A stretch of DNA of 64,000 nt from an uncultured bacterium (GCA_963845185.1 CAWJRG010000010.1:320001-384000); one strand, 5' to 3'. Positions 40,898 to 50,646 are shown, numbered from the stretch's first letter. Made by a program: numbers and translations. The notes: generated by a model not told the origin, from the letters alone.

Positions 40898-42469
40898 TTA
40901 TTCCTCCTTTATTCCGTAGTGTTTCATTTTTGTTTTCAGCGTATTCAGCGCTATGCCGAGGCCTTTAGCCGCCTTTGACTTGTTCATGGCGTTTAAACGC
41001 AGCGCTTTTTTTATCGCCCATTTTTCCGCGTCTGCTATTGTCGTGACCGTGTTATCGTTAATCAAACCGCCTGATGGCACTGTTTCCTCATCGCCGGCTG
41101 CCATTTCTTTTAAAAGCTTTTTTAAATCCTCTCCTCTTGCCTTGAATATTATGGTGCGCATCAGGAATTTCTGCAACTGCCTTATGTTTCCGGGCCAATC
41201 GTATGTTTTCAGCATTTCAAATTCTTTTTTTGTCAAAATTACCCTCTCATACCCCTGTTCCCTGAACAATCTGTAAAGAATAACGTTTGCGAGCGCTTCC
41301 AGGTCTTCTTTCCTTTCTTTCAGCGACGGTATGTAAAGCTCCACCCCTGATATCCTGTAATAAAGGTCAGCCCTGAACTTGCCTTCTTTTATCATTTCCT
41401 TAATGTTCGTGTTTGTGGCAGCCAGTATCCTGACATTTGCCTTTTTGGCAGTAGTTGAGCCGAGCGGCACAAACTGAAAATCCTCAAGGAACCTCAAAAA
41501 CTTTGCCTGCACTTCCATGGGCATCTCGGTCATCTCGTCCAGGAAAACCGTGCCTCCGTCAGCTTCCTCAACCACTCCTTTTTTGTCCCTATCCGCGCCT
41601 GTAAACGCGCCTTTCGCATGGCCGAAAAGCATGGACTCCATGAGGTTTGCGGGTATTCCGGCGCAGTTAATGGGCATAAAAGGCTTTTCACGCCTTTCGC
41701 TCGCGTCGTGTATCATGCGCGCGGCAATTTCCTTGCCTGTGCCTGTCTCGCCGTATATAAGAACCGGCGCGTCCTTGTACTTGCCGACTCTTTCTATGTT
41801 TTTCCTCAGCACAGATACTGCAGTTCCTGAGCCGCTCAAAAGGTAGTTGTTCATGTCGTAATTTTTCGCCGTCTCTATGTCGGCCGGTGCTACTGTGTTG
41901 TTTGCAAGCTTTAAAATAAGCTCCCTGAGCATGTCGTCCTCGCCCACGTGCCATTTCCAGTACATGTTTATGGAATACTGCGAGTACCCGGCAATGTCGC
42001 ATATCTCCTCGGGCTTTTTGCATGGTTTTTTAAGCTCCTGCGCCTCGAAAAGGTCATAAAGGTCCTTTAACCGGCCGTAATCCGCCTCGGGAGGCTTCTC
42101 AATGTCATGTATGTAATCAATAAGTTTCTTGCCTTCCTTTGCCTCTTCGGACGTGGTGAGCATTTTATAAAAAAACTTTGCATCCGGCCCTTTTATCTCG
42201 AACCTGTCCTCTATGGTATATATCTTTATCTTTTTTTTGGCGTCAAGCATGGCCTCAAGCGCGGCTTTTATCTCCTGCTTGTAGTCATCCTTGAACCTCA
42301 CGCCTATTATGTAAAGCTTTTCATATCCCGTGTCTTTCAGCCCCGTCAGGTCGGCGTGGAAATTATCCGCGGATGTGAACAAAATATCCGCTTCCTTTAC
42401 CGCTTTCAGCAGCAGCGCCGTTGCCGTGTAATATGTGTCCTTGTGCGCTGTAAGTATTGCTGTCTTCAA
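40898..42469 (-). CDS. sigma54-dependent enhancer-binding protein with atypical N-terminal domain
   Basis: GETGTGKE, GAFTGA, FLDE, WPGNIRQL, C-terminal Fis-type HTH; no REC/PAS/GAF recognised; TTG start after GGAGG. Confidence 0.92.
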   Translation of the reverse strand: MKTAILTAHKDTYYTATALLLKAVKEADILFTSADNFHADLTGLKDTGYEKLYIIGVRFKDDYKQEIKAALEAMLDAKKKIKIYTIEDRFEIKGPDAKFFYKMLTTSEEAKEGKKLIDYIHDIEKPPEADYGRLKDLYDLFEAQELKKPCKKPEEICDIAGYSQYSINMYWKWHVGEDDMLRELILKLANNTVAPADIETAKNYDMNNYLLSGSGTAVSVLRKNIERVGKYKDAPVLIYGETGTGKEIAARMIHDASERREKPFMPINCAGIPANLMESMLFGHAKGAFTGADRDKKGVVEEADGGTVFLDEMTEMPMEVQAKFLRFLEDFQFVPLGSTTAKKANVRILAATNTNIKEMIKEGKFRADLYYRISGVELYIPSLKERKEDLEALANVILYRLFREQGYERVILTKKEFEMLKTYDWPGNIRQLQKFLMRTIIFKARGEDLKKLLKEMAAGDEETVPSGGLINDNTVTTIADAEKWAIKKALRLNAMNKSKAAKGLGIALNTLKTKMKHYGIKEE

Positions 42470-42506
42470 ACCTTAGCCTCCTTTGGCCTGTCCGGCTTAT
42501 ATACAG

Positions 42507-42522
42507 AGCAACTACTATGCCG
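42507..42522 (-). promoter_or_regulatory. sigma54 (-24/-12) promoter of the bEBP operon
   Basis: CGGCATAGTAGTTGCT = GG-N10-GC. Confidence 0.75.
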
Positions 42523-42574
42523 GATAGGTTATTGAAATTATCTGGATATAATTATACCAGAAGAATGCACAATT

Positions 42575-42605
42575 GTCAAATTTTGATGATTTGTCAGAAA
42601 TTGAT
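42575..42605. promoter_or_regulatory. Tandem candidate enhancer boxes
   Basis: GTCAAATTTTGAT (42575) and GTCAGAAATTGAT (42593), first box ~52 bp upstream of -24. Confidence 0.6.
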
Positions 42606-42641
42606 ATAGAATGTTTACCTATGGATTTTCGTCGGGCAGGA

Positions 42642-42812
42642 GTGAGGCCCCACGGCTTCACAGCCGTGGCACCTTAAGACATCACGGCGCGACTGCGTCT
42701 CGCCGTGTTTATCTTACAATCAACACTTTTTACAAGTTATATAATATGCTTCCTCCCCGGAGCGCTATCCATCCCGCCTCCACCCCGGGAATTTTCGCGG
42801 AGCGGGATTAAA
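42642..42812 (+). repeat. Repeat family D, long copy
   Basis: GCCCCACGGCTTCACAGCCGTGG left hairpin; AGCGCTATCCATCCC..TTCGCGGAGCGGGATTAAA right end. Confidence 0.7.
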
Positions 42813-43572
42813 TTTGCAGTTCCAGCCCGTCGTATGCCAGATGTATGTTGTCCGGCAGCTGTTTTTCAACCACATTATGCTCCATAATATGGGTTATATG
42901 CGTGAAATATGTCATGCCTGCCTTGATTTTCCCGGCCATTTCAACTGCCTGCTCAAGGTTAAAATGGGTCGGGTGCGGCTCGAATCTTAATGCGTTTAAC
43001 ACAAGCACTTTCAGCCCTTTCAAAAAATCAAAGGTCCTTGCGGGTATAAAAGAAGCGTCGGTTATATAGGCGAAATCATTTATCCTGTACCCCATTACGT
43101 CCAGCTCGCCGTGCTTGACCAGGACAGGCATTACGTCCAGGTCTTTTACGCTGAAATCTTCATAGGGCCCGATTTCCTCCAGTTTTAGCTTCGGTTTGCC
43201 GCCGCCTTCCTGTGTCTTTTCAAATATATAAAAAAACCTTTTTTTTATTTCCCCCAGCGTTTCCGCGTTGCTGTAAACCGGAATAAAATCCATTTGTATC
43301 TCATTGTAACGCCTTATGTCGTCGAGGCCCGCTATATGGTCCGCGTGCGCATGCGTAAAAAGCACTGCGTCCAGCCTTGCAATGTTGTATTCTATGGCCC
43401 GCAGCCTGAATTCAGCCGGCATGTCAATAACCAGCGGCGTATTTTTTTCCTCGATAAAAACCGATGTCCTGTACCTTGTATTTTTCGGGTCAGTTGAAGT
43501 GCATGTTTTGCATTTGCATCCGAGCACAGGCACGCCGTGCGAAGTGCCGGTGCCCAGGAATTTTACCCGCAT
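42808..43572 (-). CDS. MBL-fold hydrolase (PhnP-like)
   Basis: LGTGTSHGVP..C.C..C, THAHADH, AYITD, HPTH. Confidence 0.9.
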   Translation of the reverse strand: MRVKFLGTGTSHGVPVLGCKCKTCTSTDPKNTRYRTSVFIEEKNTPLVIDMPAEFRLRAIEYNIARLDAVLFTHAHADHIAGLDDIRRYNEIQMDFIPVYSNAETLGEIKKRFFYIFEKTQEGGGKPKLKLEEIGPYEDFSVKDLDVMPVLVKHGELDVMGYRINDFAYITDASFIPARTFDFLKGLKVLVLNALRFEPHPTHFNLEQAVEMAGKIKAGMTYFTHITHIMEHNVVEKQLPDNIHLAYDGLELQI

Positions 43573-43573
43573 T

Positions 43574-44396
43574 TTAAGCCCTGAAAAAATATACTATTAA
43601 AAAGATTCCGAATACTGCCCTGTAAACCGCAAAAGCAAAATAGGAATGTTTTTTAACAAAACCCAGGAGGAATTTAACCGCCCAGTAGCCCGAAATTGCT
43701 GCCGCCAGAAAGCCCAAAGCCATCAAGGATTTTCCTTCATGGCCCGGCGTATGCAGTATATGCTTGAACTTGAATAAAAAAGCTCCGGCAATTACAGGTA
43801 TTGACAGCAAAAACGAAAACTCAGCCGCATCCTCCCTTTTAAATCCAAAAAAAAGGCCGGTCATTATTGTTATCCCCGAGCGCGACACTCCCGGAATCAG
43901 TGCGAGGGACCTGGGCGCAGCCGATAATAATGGAATCAAGTATTTTCATTCCGCCGATTTCTTTTTGTTTTTTCCCTGCCCTGTCGGCAAGATAAAGTAT
44001 TATGCCGAATATCAAAAGCACAGCTCCAATGACCGCCGGGTGTTCGCGTACTTTGTCTTCTACCCTGTCGCCTGCCAGCACTCCTGCCAGCCCGGCAGGA
44101 ACAGCAGCGATTAATACATAAACCGCAATCCAAAAATCCCCGGCTTCCCTTGTCTTCGCGCTTACAAGGCCTGTAAAAAATGCCCTGCAGAGCGATATTA
44201 TCTTTTCCCGGAAAAAAATCACAAGCGCCAGAAGTGTCCCGCCGTGAAGCGCCACGTCAAAAGTCAGGGAATTCAAGAGCGGCGAGTTCATCTTGAAAAT
44301 TGCCGGGATGACGTCAAGATGCGCGGATGAGCTCACCGGAAGGAATTCGGTCAGTCCCTGGACAATTCCCAGTATTAACGACCATATGTAATCCAC
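43574..44396 (-). pseudogene. uppP: Undecaprenyl-diphosphatase with +1 frameshift at ~43910 (may be a sequencing error)
   Basis: QGLTEFLPVSSSAH in one frame, ALIPGVSRSG in the other; removing one G from CAGGTCC restores AQSLALIPG. Confidence 0.88.
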
Positions 44397-44541
44397 GTTT
44401 TACCTCCCATTTAAAGTTTAGAGCTTAAAGTTGAAAGTTGGAAAAGATAAAAGCTGCTGTTTTTATTTTTAACATTAAACTTCAACAAACTGTATTTTCT
44501 GTTTCCAACATGACACCAAACATTAAACTTTAAACCGTTTT

Positions 44542-47436
44542 TTAAAATGCCGTATTGATTGAAAAATAAAAATTATAATTGTTGGATGTGATATCCGTTC
44601 TCTTTGCCACCTCGAATGTCAGTGGTATAAACTCCCTTTGGAGCAGGAACGTGTCGAAAATCAAGCTTATGCCCACGCCGTTTTTTACGTCTTCAGGCGC
44701 GACATAGTCAACCATACCCTGCTCCACTATCCCGGCGTCGTCAAAAAACGCTATTTTTATATTTTTTATCATGTACGCCGTCAGCGGCCACAGCACAAAA
44801 TCAATGCTTTTTGCGACGGTAAATCTCAGCTCGCTGTTAAAAACCGCGTATTTGTCGCCGTAAAACTGGCCGTAATCCAGGCCCCTTACTGTCCCTTCAC
44901 CGCCGAAAAAGAAAAGCGGCTTGTCAGGGCCGTCAGTCAAGGCGCCTGCGAGCCGCAGGCCAAGGCTCAAATTATTATTTGTAATAAAAGACAGGTCAAA
45001 GTATTTCCTTAAGTCAATATCGTAAAGGTTGTAGGTCTGCTGCCCACCGAATATTTTTTCCGCGCTTTCAACATAGGCCATTACAGCTTCGCCGGAATAA
45101 GGCCAGAAATCCCTCCATGCGCTGTAATCATAGGCAAACAGCGCCGAAATTACATTTAACGGGCCCGAGAAATTCGTGCCGAAAAAATAACTGCTCTCGA
45201 TATCGTAGTTGTTGTATATGTCTGTCACTATTTTCTCCGAAAGGCTTACCTTAAGGCTTGTGTACAGGTTAAAGGGGTATTGCATGGATACGGTGCCGCC
45301 TTCCTGCGTCTGGTTGAGTTCGCTGAAGAAAACACCGCGCAAAGGGTCGTAAAGCTCATAGACATTCTGGTCATAAAATAAATCGAGCCCCAGGTCAAAA
45401 GGCAGGCTCAGGTAATAATAAGTCAGGTCAAACTGGGAAAAATATCCCGGTATAAAATCCGCGGTAAGCTGGATATCGTGGTTGCCCAGCATGTCGGAAG
45501 TGAAGACATAGCCTGTCCCCACCGGCCCCGCGTCCGAAGAAAACCCGAAAATCGCGAATATCAGGTCTATGCTAAACGCCGTGTCATACTTGCTGTCTTT
45601 CGTTATTATGTTTTCCGCCTGTTTTTCAATCTGGTTTTTCATATCACCGTCGTCGCCCGTAAAGCTGGCGCTGATTTCAGTCTGCGGCGCCTGGGCCGCC
45701 GTATTTGAAAGCGCGTTCGGCTTTGCCTTCTCTTCGCTGGGCGGTATGTATGTAAGCGGTATTTCCGCGAATGCCCTTTCCCTGTCAATAAGGTATTTAT
45801 ATATGTTGTAGCAGCCGTCCTCATAATAGCTGTACGCTATGTAATTTCCCACGGGGCACACGTTAAAAATCCCGTTTGTAATGTTTGTGAGCTGCTGCTC
45901 TTCGCCTGTCTTAACATCCATTTTATAAAGGTTGAATATTCCGTTTTTATCCGAGGTGAAAGCTATCTCTTCATCGCTTATAAAAGCAGGGCACTTATAA
46001 TCGTATTTTGCCGGTTTTGTAATGAATTTTTTTACGCCCGACTTCAGGTCAATCGTTGCCAGCCTGAAAAAATCGTCCCTTTCCTCCGTGAAAAGCAGCG
46101 AGCCTCCGTCTTTTGACCAGCTGACGTAATCGTTGGCGAATAAATTGTCAGTTATGTTTGTTACTTTCTTTTTTTCAATGTCGTAAACATATACGTCTGA
46201 AAACCCGTTTTTAACCCCTATGAAAGCCAGGAACTTGTTGTCCGGCGATATTGCCGGAGAGAAAACATAAGGGATATCCGGGGTTTCCAGCTTGTCTATT
46301 TTGCCGCTTTCAATGTCGCCCCTGCACAGGTAAGTCCTGCCCCTGTCCACTGCTGAAAAATATAAAGTCCTGTTGTCGCTGCCCCATGAAATCGGGCAGC
46401 CGGAAGAGTCAACGCCCTCCAGCACATACCTGAATGCTTTTCTTACGTCCTGCCCGTCTTTGCGCATCAGGAAAATTTCAGAATGCCCGTCCTTTGTCGA
46501 CACAAAAGCTATTGTCTCGCCGTTTGGCGAAAAAGCAGGCCCCTGGTTATATACGATATTCTGGCGGTTGTTGTTTGTGAGTTTCGGCCCGTATTTGTCC
46601 GGCGTGTCCCTGCCCTGTATCTGCGCCCAGTATTTCTTTTTCATGTAAAACTGCCATTCCTTCTGGAAATCCGGGTATTCTTTTTTAAGGACTTTCTTGA
46701 TTACTGCCTCTATGCTGTTTTCATCCTTGAAAAAATTAATGATTTTGGCTATTTTGTCCTTGCCGTAAAATTTGTCTATGTACATGAAAATACTCTGCGA
46801 TTCCTTGTACGCGAGGTACGGTTCCTCCAGGTGGTCAAAGCCGTCCAGCTTGTCAAGCGTGATGAGCTTCTCGCTTGTCACGGCTTCGCGCAGCATCATG
46901 TCGCCGATAGTGCCGTAGTCGTCGGCGTCGTATTCTGCCATGCCTTCCATTACCCACAGCGGCACTGCGATTGTTTTATAAACCATGTTGTACGAGCGCA
47001 TGCCCTCGCCGAACAGGATGTCATATTGAATGGCGTGCGTTATTTCGTGGAAAATCACCTGCTTTAAGCTGAGGAGCGACCCCCCCCCCGGAATCACCAC
47101 CCTGTTTTTATAAGGCTCAGTAAAACCGCCCACGTTCCCGCCGAGATAGCTGAGCGTGATGTTTGTTGTGCCGAAATCCTGGCTGTCTTCGTATATAAAA
47201 AGAGGTATCCTGGCTTTTGGATGGTATTTTAGTGTTTGAGAGTCGTTTTCCAGCCCCTGCTCCGCGTATATGGCCGCCATTTTTGCAAGGAAATCCTCGC
47301 CCCTGTAATAATATATGTCAAAATGTTCGGTTTCATATATGCGCCAGTCCATGTCTTTCCAGCGTATTTTATTCTGGGGAAAGCCTTTTGCTGTGATAAA
47401 TAATATGATAAATAGGAGAATTATTGTTTTTTTCAT
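44542..47436 (-). CDS. Outer-membrane protein: peptidase MA-like domain + PD40/TolB propeller + BamA-like beta-barrel
   Basis: Signal peptide, FHEITH..EGMAEY, FSPNG/SPDN repeats, VRG, terminal Phe. Confidence 0.8.
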   Translation of the reverse strand: MKKTIILLFIILFITAKGFPQNKIRWKDMDWRIYETEHFDIYYYRGEDFLAKMAAIYAEQGLENDSQTLKYHPKARIPLFIYEDSQDFGTTNITLSYLGGNVGGFTEPYKNRVVIPGGGSLLSLKQVIFHEITHAIQYDILFGEGMRSYNMVYKTIAVPLWVMEGMAEYDADDYGTIGDMMLREAVTSEKLITLDKLDGFDHLEEPYLAYKESQSIFMYIDKFYGKDKIAKIINFFKDENSIEAVIKKVLKKEYPDFQKEWQFYMKKKYWAQIQGRDTPDKYGPKLTNNNRQNIVYNQGPAFSPNGETIAFVSTKDGHSEIFLMRKDGQDVRKAFRYVLEGVDSSGCPISWGSDNRTLYFSAVDRGRTYLCRGDIESGKIDKLETPDIPYVFSPAISPDNKFLAFIGVKNGFSDVYVYDIEKKKVTNITDNLFANDYVSWSKDGGSLLFTEERDDFFRLATIDLKSGVKKFITKPAKYDYKCPAFISDEEIAFTSDKNGIFNLYKMDVKTGEEQQLTNITNGIFNVCPVGNYIAYSYYEDGCYNIYKYLIDRERAFAEIPLTYIPPSEEKAKPNALSNTAAQAPQTEISASFTGDDGDMKNQIEKQAENIITKDSKYDTAFSIDLIFAIFGFSSDAGPVGTGYVFTSDMLGNHDIQLTADFIPGYFSQFDLTYYYLSLPFDLGLDLFYDQNVYELYDPLRGVFFSELNQTQEGGTVSMQYPFNLYTSLKVSLSEKIVTDIYNNYDIESSYFFGTNFSGPLNVISALFAYDYSAWRDFWPYSGEAVMAYVESAEKIFGGQQTYNLYDIDLRKYFDLSFITNNNLSLGLRLAGALTDGPDKPLFFFGGEGTVRGLDYGQFYGDKYAVFNSELRFTVAKSIDFVLWPLTAYMIKNIKIAFFDDAGIVEQGMVDYVAPEDVKNGVGISLIFDTFLLQREFIPLTFEVAKRTDITSNNYNFYFSINTAF

Positions 47437-47462
47437 TTTTCCTTCGCTTTACTCTTGTAACT

Positions 47463-47560
47463 GCGGAGCAACCTTTAAAAATTTTTATAATATGCTTCGT
47501 CCCCGGAGCGCTATCATACCCGCCTCTACGAAAGCGGGGTTCTTCGCGTAGTGGGATAAA
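47463..47560 (+). repeat. Repeat family D copy
   Basis: GGAGCAAC..TATGCTTC..GAGCGCTATC..TTCGCG..GGGATAAA. Confidence 0.7.
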
Positions 47561-47665
47561 TATGCTTTAAATAAGATAAAGCAATTATATCATAATATAA
47601 GGATTTTGCAAATATACTTTGGCGCGGAAAGTAAACACATAATAGAAATTATTTGATATTTTATC

Positions 47666-47694
47666 GTAGAGACGACCCGCCGGGTCGTCTGTAC
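47666..47694. repeat. GTAG-type REP palindrome (family C)
   Basis: One mismatch from 24503-24531. Confidence 0.85.
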
Positions 47695-47717
47695 ATTAAC
47701 AGTGTTTTAAAACCGAA

Positions 47718-49073
47718 TTATATTTTCTTTAGTTTCCAGTCGCCTTTCTTGTAAAAAATCCACTGCACAATCCCCTGGAAAAAAGGCACCGACGCTATTG
47801 CTATAAATATGCCGGTTTCATGTATAGACGGAATCCTTGTCAGGATAAAAGCAAGCGGCACCTGCACCGCGTAAATCGCGATCAGGTTTATTACCATGGG
47901 CGTTTTTGTCGAGCCTGACCCGTTAAAGGCTGCGTTTGTTATTATTGCCACGCCCATTAGGAGGTAAACAGGCGGCATTATTTTCAGGTATCGTGACCCG
48001 TACTCTATAACCGAGTAGTCGCCCGTGAATATCCTCATGACAAACGGCGAAAATATAAAATAAATCATAAAACAGGTAAAAGTGAAAATCGAATAAAACT
48101 TCAGCGCTGTCATCGTGCTTTTTTCCGCCCTTTCAGGCTGGTTCGCGCCCAGGTTATGGCCGACCATGACAGCGGTCGAAGAGCCTATTGCCCATCCGAG
48201 CATCATGACAAAGACATCCAGCCTGCCGCATATGCCCATTGTGGCAATAAAGTTGTCGCCGTAGCCGGAATATAACTTAAGAAGGATCATTGCTGCAAAG
48301 TTCGGCAAAATACCCTGCGCTGCTGCCGGCGCTGATATTGCAAGGTAGTTCTTAAGGAAGCCAAAGTCAATTTTTAAATTTTTCGGGTCTATCCTCAAGA
48401 CGCCTTCGTCGTTTGTCAGGATGTAAATCATGATTGCCGTAGTTACAAAATATGCCCCGAGCCTCGCGAATGCCACTCCCTTTATGCCGAACTGCGGCAG
48501 GTTCAAAAACCCGAAAATAAGTATTGGTTCGAGTATGGTGTTAAGTATTATCGCGGCGCCTACCAGGTAAAAATGTTTCCTGATGCTGCCGGTTCCGCGC
48601 AAAATCGCGAAAAAAACAAAAAGCCCGCTGTCGTTTATCAGGCTCACAAGCCCCCATCCGAAGTATTGCATTCCCAGGTCAAATGTAGCGCCCTTTGCGC
48701 CGAAATATCTTAAGATTGCTTCCCTGAAAAAAAACAGTGACCCGCTGAAAAGTATGCCCATAAGATAGCCGGTAAATATCATGTTTATTATGGTTGTGCG
48801 CAGGCGGCCGTAGTCTTTCCTGCCGCAAAGCCTGGATGTTATGGCAGTGCTGCCTGCCTGGAGCCCGCCGCTCATCGCCCAGAAAATTCCGAACACCGAG
48901 CCTATTATGGATATTGCGGACTGCGCCTTTACGTTTATCCTGCCGATTAAAAACATGTCGAATATGGATAAAAAATTCTGCAGGAGGTTTGTTATCAAAA
49001 GCGGCAGGGATAAATATATAAGGTGTGAAAGTATGTTTCCCTTTTCAAGCTCCCTTATCTTTATTTCAGCCAT
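47718..49073 (-). CDS. MATE family efflux transporter
   Basis: About 12 TM; LRGTG, VGHNLGA motifs. Confidence 0.88.
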   Translation of the reverse strand: MAEIKIRELEKGNILSHLIYLSLPLLITNLLQNFLSIFDMFLIGRINVKAQSAISIIGSVFGIFWAMSGGLQAGSTAITSRLCGRKDYGRLRTTIINMIFTGYLMGILFSGSLFFFREAILRYFGAKGATFDLGMQYFGWGLVSLINDSGLFVFFAILRGTGSIRKHFYLVGAAIILNTILEPILIFGFLNLPQFGIKGVAFARLGAYFVTTAIMIYILTNDEGVLRIDPKNLKIDFGFLKNYLAISAPAAAQGILPNFAAMILLKLYSGYGDNFIATMGICGRLDVFVMMLGWAIGSSTAVMVGHNLGANQPERAEKSTMTALKFYSIFTFTCFMIYFIFSPFVMRIFTGDYSVIEYGSRYLKIMPPVYLLMGVAIITNAAFNGSGSTKTPMVINLIAIYAVQVPLAFILTRIPSIHETGIFIAIASVPFFQGIVQWIFYKKGDWKLKKI

Positions 49074-50399
49074 TTATATTTCCTTGTTCATCCATTTTTT
49101 GGTCAGGTAAAAATACAGGTTTATTATACCGTAAAAAACTATCGACAGCGACATTGCCCAGTACACCCCGGCCTCGCGGACGGCGGTAAAAAGCGCGAAA
49201 ACAGCTATAAGCCCGAACCTTACCACTATAAACGAAAGTATGTTCAAAACCGTCGGCATGCCTATGGAACCGGCTCCTGTGAAAGATGACTGCATTGTCA
49301 TGCCCAGCGCCAGGAAAACAAGCGAAGGCGCCATTATTACCAGGTAGTCAATGCCGTAATGTATCGTGGCCGTGTCTGCCGTAAAAAACGGTATTATATT
49401 CTTCGCGAAAATGAAAAAAGCAATTGCAGTCGGTATTGCCACCCACGAGAATATTTTAAAGCTCTCCATTACCGTTGTCATTGCCCTGTCGTTTTTCCTG
49501 CCGCCCAGGTTTTGCCCCACTATGACCCCGCCTGAATTGCTTATCGGCCATCCAAACTGCATCAGGAAATTCACAAGCCTTGAAACTATTCCGAATGCAG
49601 CTATAAACGGGTTGCCGTACATTGAGATTACTTTCAGCATTGCCATGTTCCCTATGTCGCCCGTGAAATTCTGCACCATTGATTTTGTAGTGAGCTCGGC
49701 GTAAGTCTTAAAAAGCGGAGTGTTCCATTTGAACCCGTCGAGTTTTATGCCGTTTATCCCTTTCCTGAATACATAAATATAGCAGATTGCCCCGCCCGCG
49801 TATGATGCCACGCCCGATATGGCCGCGCCTCTTATGCCCATCTTTAAAAATACTATAAGCACCAGGTCGAGCGCGACGTTTAAAAACATCAGCACCCCTA
49901 CTATTTTCAGCGGTGTCATTGAGTCGCCCGCGCCCCTTGCCGTGCCCAGCATCACCGAGTAAAAAGTCATGAAAAGGCAGGTTAAAAGCATTATGTTCAT
50001 ATATCCGCGTGCCAGCGTATAAACTTCCGCTTTTGCGCCGAAAAATACGAGGGTCGGCCCCAGCAGCGCGTAGGATATGATTCCAAATGCCACGAACAGG
50101 ATCATGCCGAATGCCAGCATGCCCGGCAGGGCCTCGCTTATTGTTTTCTGCTCCCTGGCCCCGCATTTCCTTGACACAAGAGCCAGGGCGCCGTTGATAA
50201 GCGCGCCGTGCACCGACGACCAGAGGGCCAGAATGGAAGACAGGGCTATCGAGTACGCGGCCAGCGCTTCGAGGCTTATTTTTCCAACAAGAAAAAGCTC
50301 GAATGCTGCCGCAATATTCAGCAGTAAATTGCCTATTACCATGGGGTATGATAATTTTATTATATGTGTCTTTAAGTCTCCGGTGTGAAACTCGCTCAC
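49074..50399 (-). CDS. MATE family efflux transporter (tandem paralog)
   Basis: RGAGDSMTPL, VGQNLGG; GTG start. Confidence 0.88.
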   Translation of the reverse strand: MSEFHTGDLKTHIIKLSYPMVIGNLLLNIAAAFELFLVGKISLEALAAYSIALSSILALWSSVHGALINGALALVSRKCGAREQKTISEALPGMLAFGMILFVAFGIISYALLGPTLVFFGAKAEVYTLARGYMNIMLLTCLFMTFYSVMLGTARGAGDSMTPLKIVGVLMFLNVALDLVLIVFLKMGIRGAAISGVASYAGGAICYIYVFRKGINGIKLDGFKWNTPLFKTYAELTTKSMVQNFTGDIGNMAMLKVISMYGNPFIAAFGIVSRLVNFLMQFGWPISNSGGVIVGQNLGGRKNDRAMTTVMESFKIFSWVAIPTAIAFFIFAKNIIPFFTADTATIHYGIDYLVIMAPSLVFLALGMTMQSSFTGAGSIGMPTVLNILSFIVVRFGLIAVFALFTAVREAGVYWAMSLSIVFYGIINLYFYLTKKWMNKEI

Positions 50400-50413
50400 T
50401 TCAGCCTCTTTTT

Positions 50414-50608
50414 TTACTTATTACATCTTATGAAATTGCTTATGCTCCTGTCGTAACTGCTTTCAACGCTGTCTGAAAAATAACACGCGGGCAGCTCATT
50501 TGAAACCCTGTGGTACTGTATGCACTCGCAGCATTTGCCTTTTCTCGGGCATGGCTCGTATGTGCAGTTGCAAATGGAAAGATTCTTTTTCAGGTTATCG
50601 CATGCCAT
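50414..50608 (-). CDS. Small cysteine-rich protein (DUF6485-like)
   Basis: [27 protein letters not shown]. Confidence 0.75.
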   Translation of the reverse strand: MACDNLKKNLSICNCTYEPCPRKGKCCECIQYHRVSNELPACYFSDSVESSYDRSISNFIRCNK

Positions 50609-50646
50609 AGTTTTGCTCCTTGATATAAAAGTTCTAGATTTTTAAA

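Noticed and set aside
47080..47089. Poly-C tract as a phase-variation switch in the outer-membrane protein gene
   Set aside because: The ORF is in frame (PGGG), and a single consensus gives no evidence of length variation
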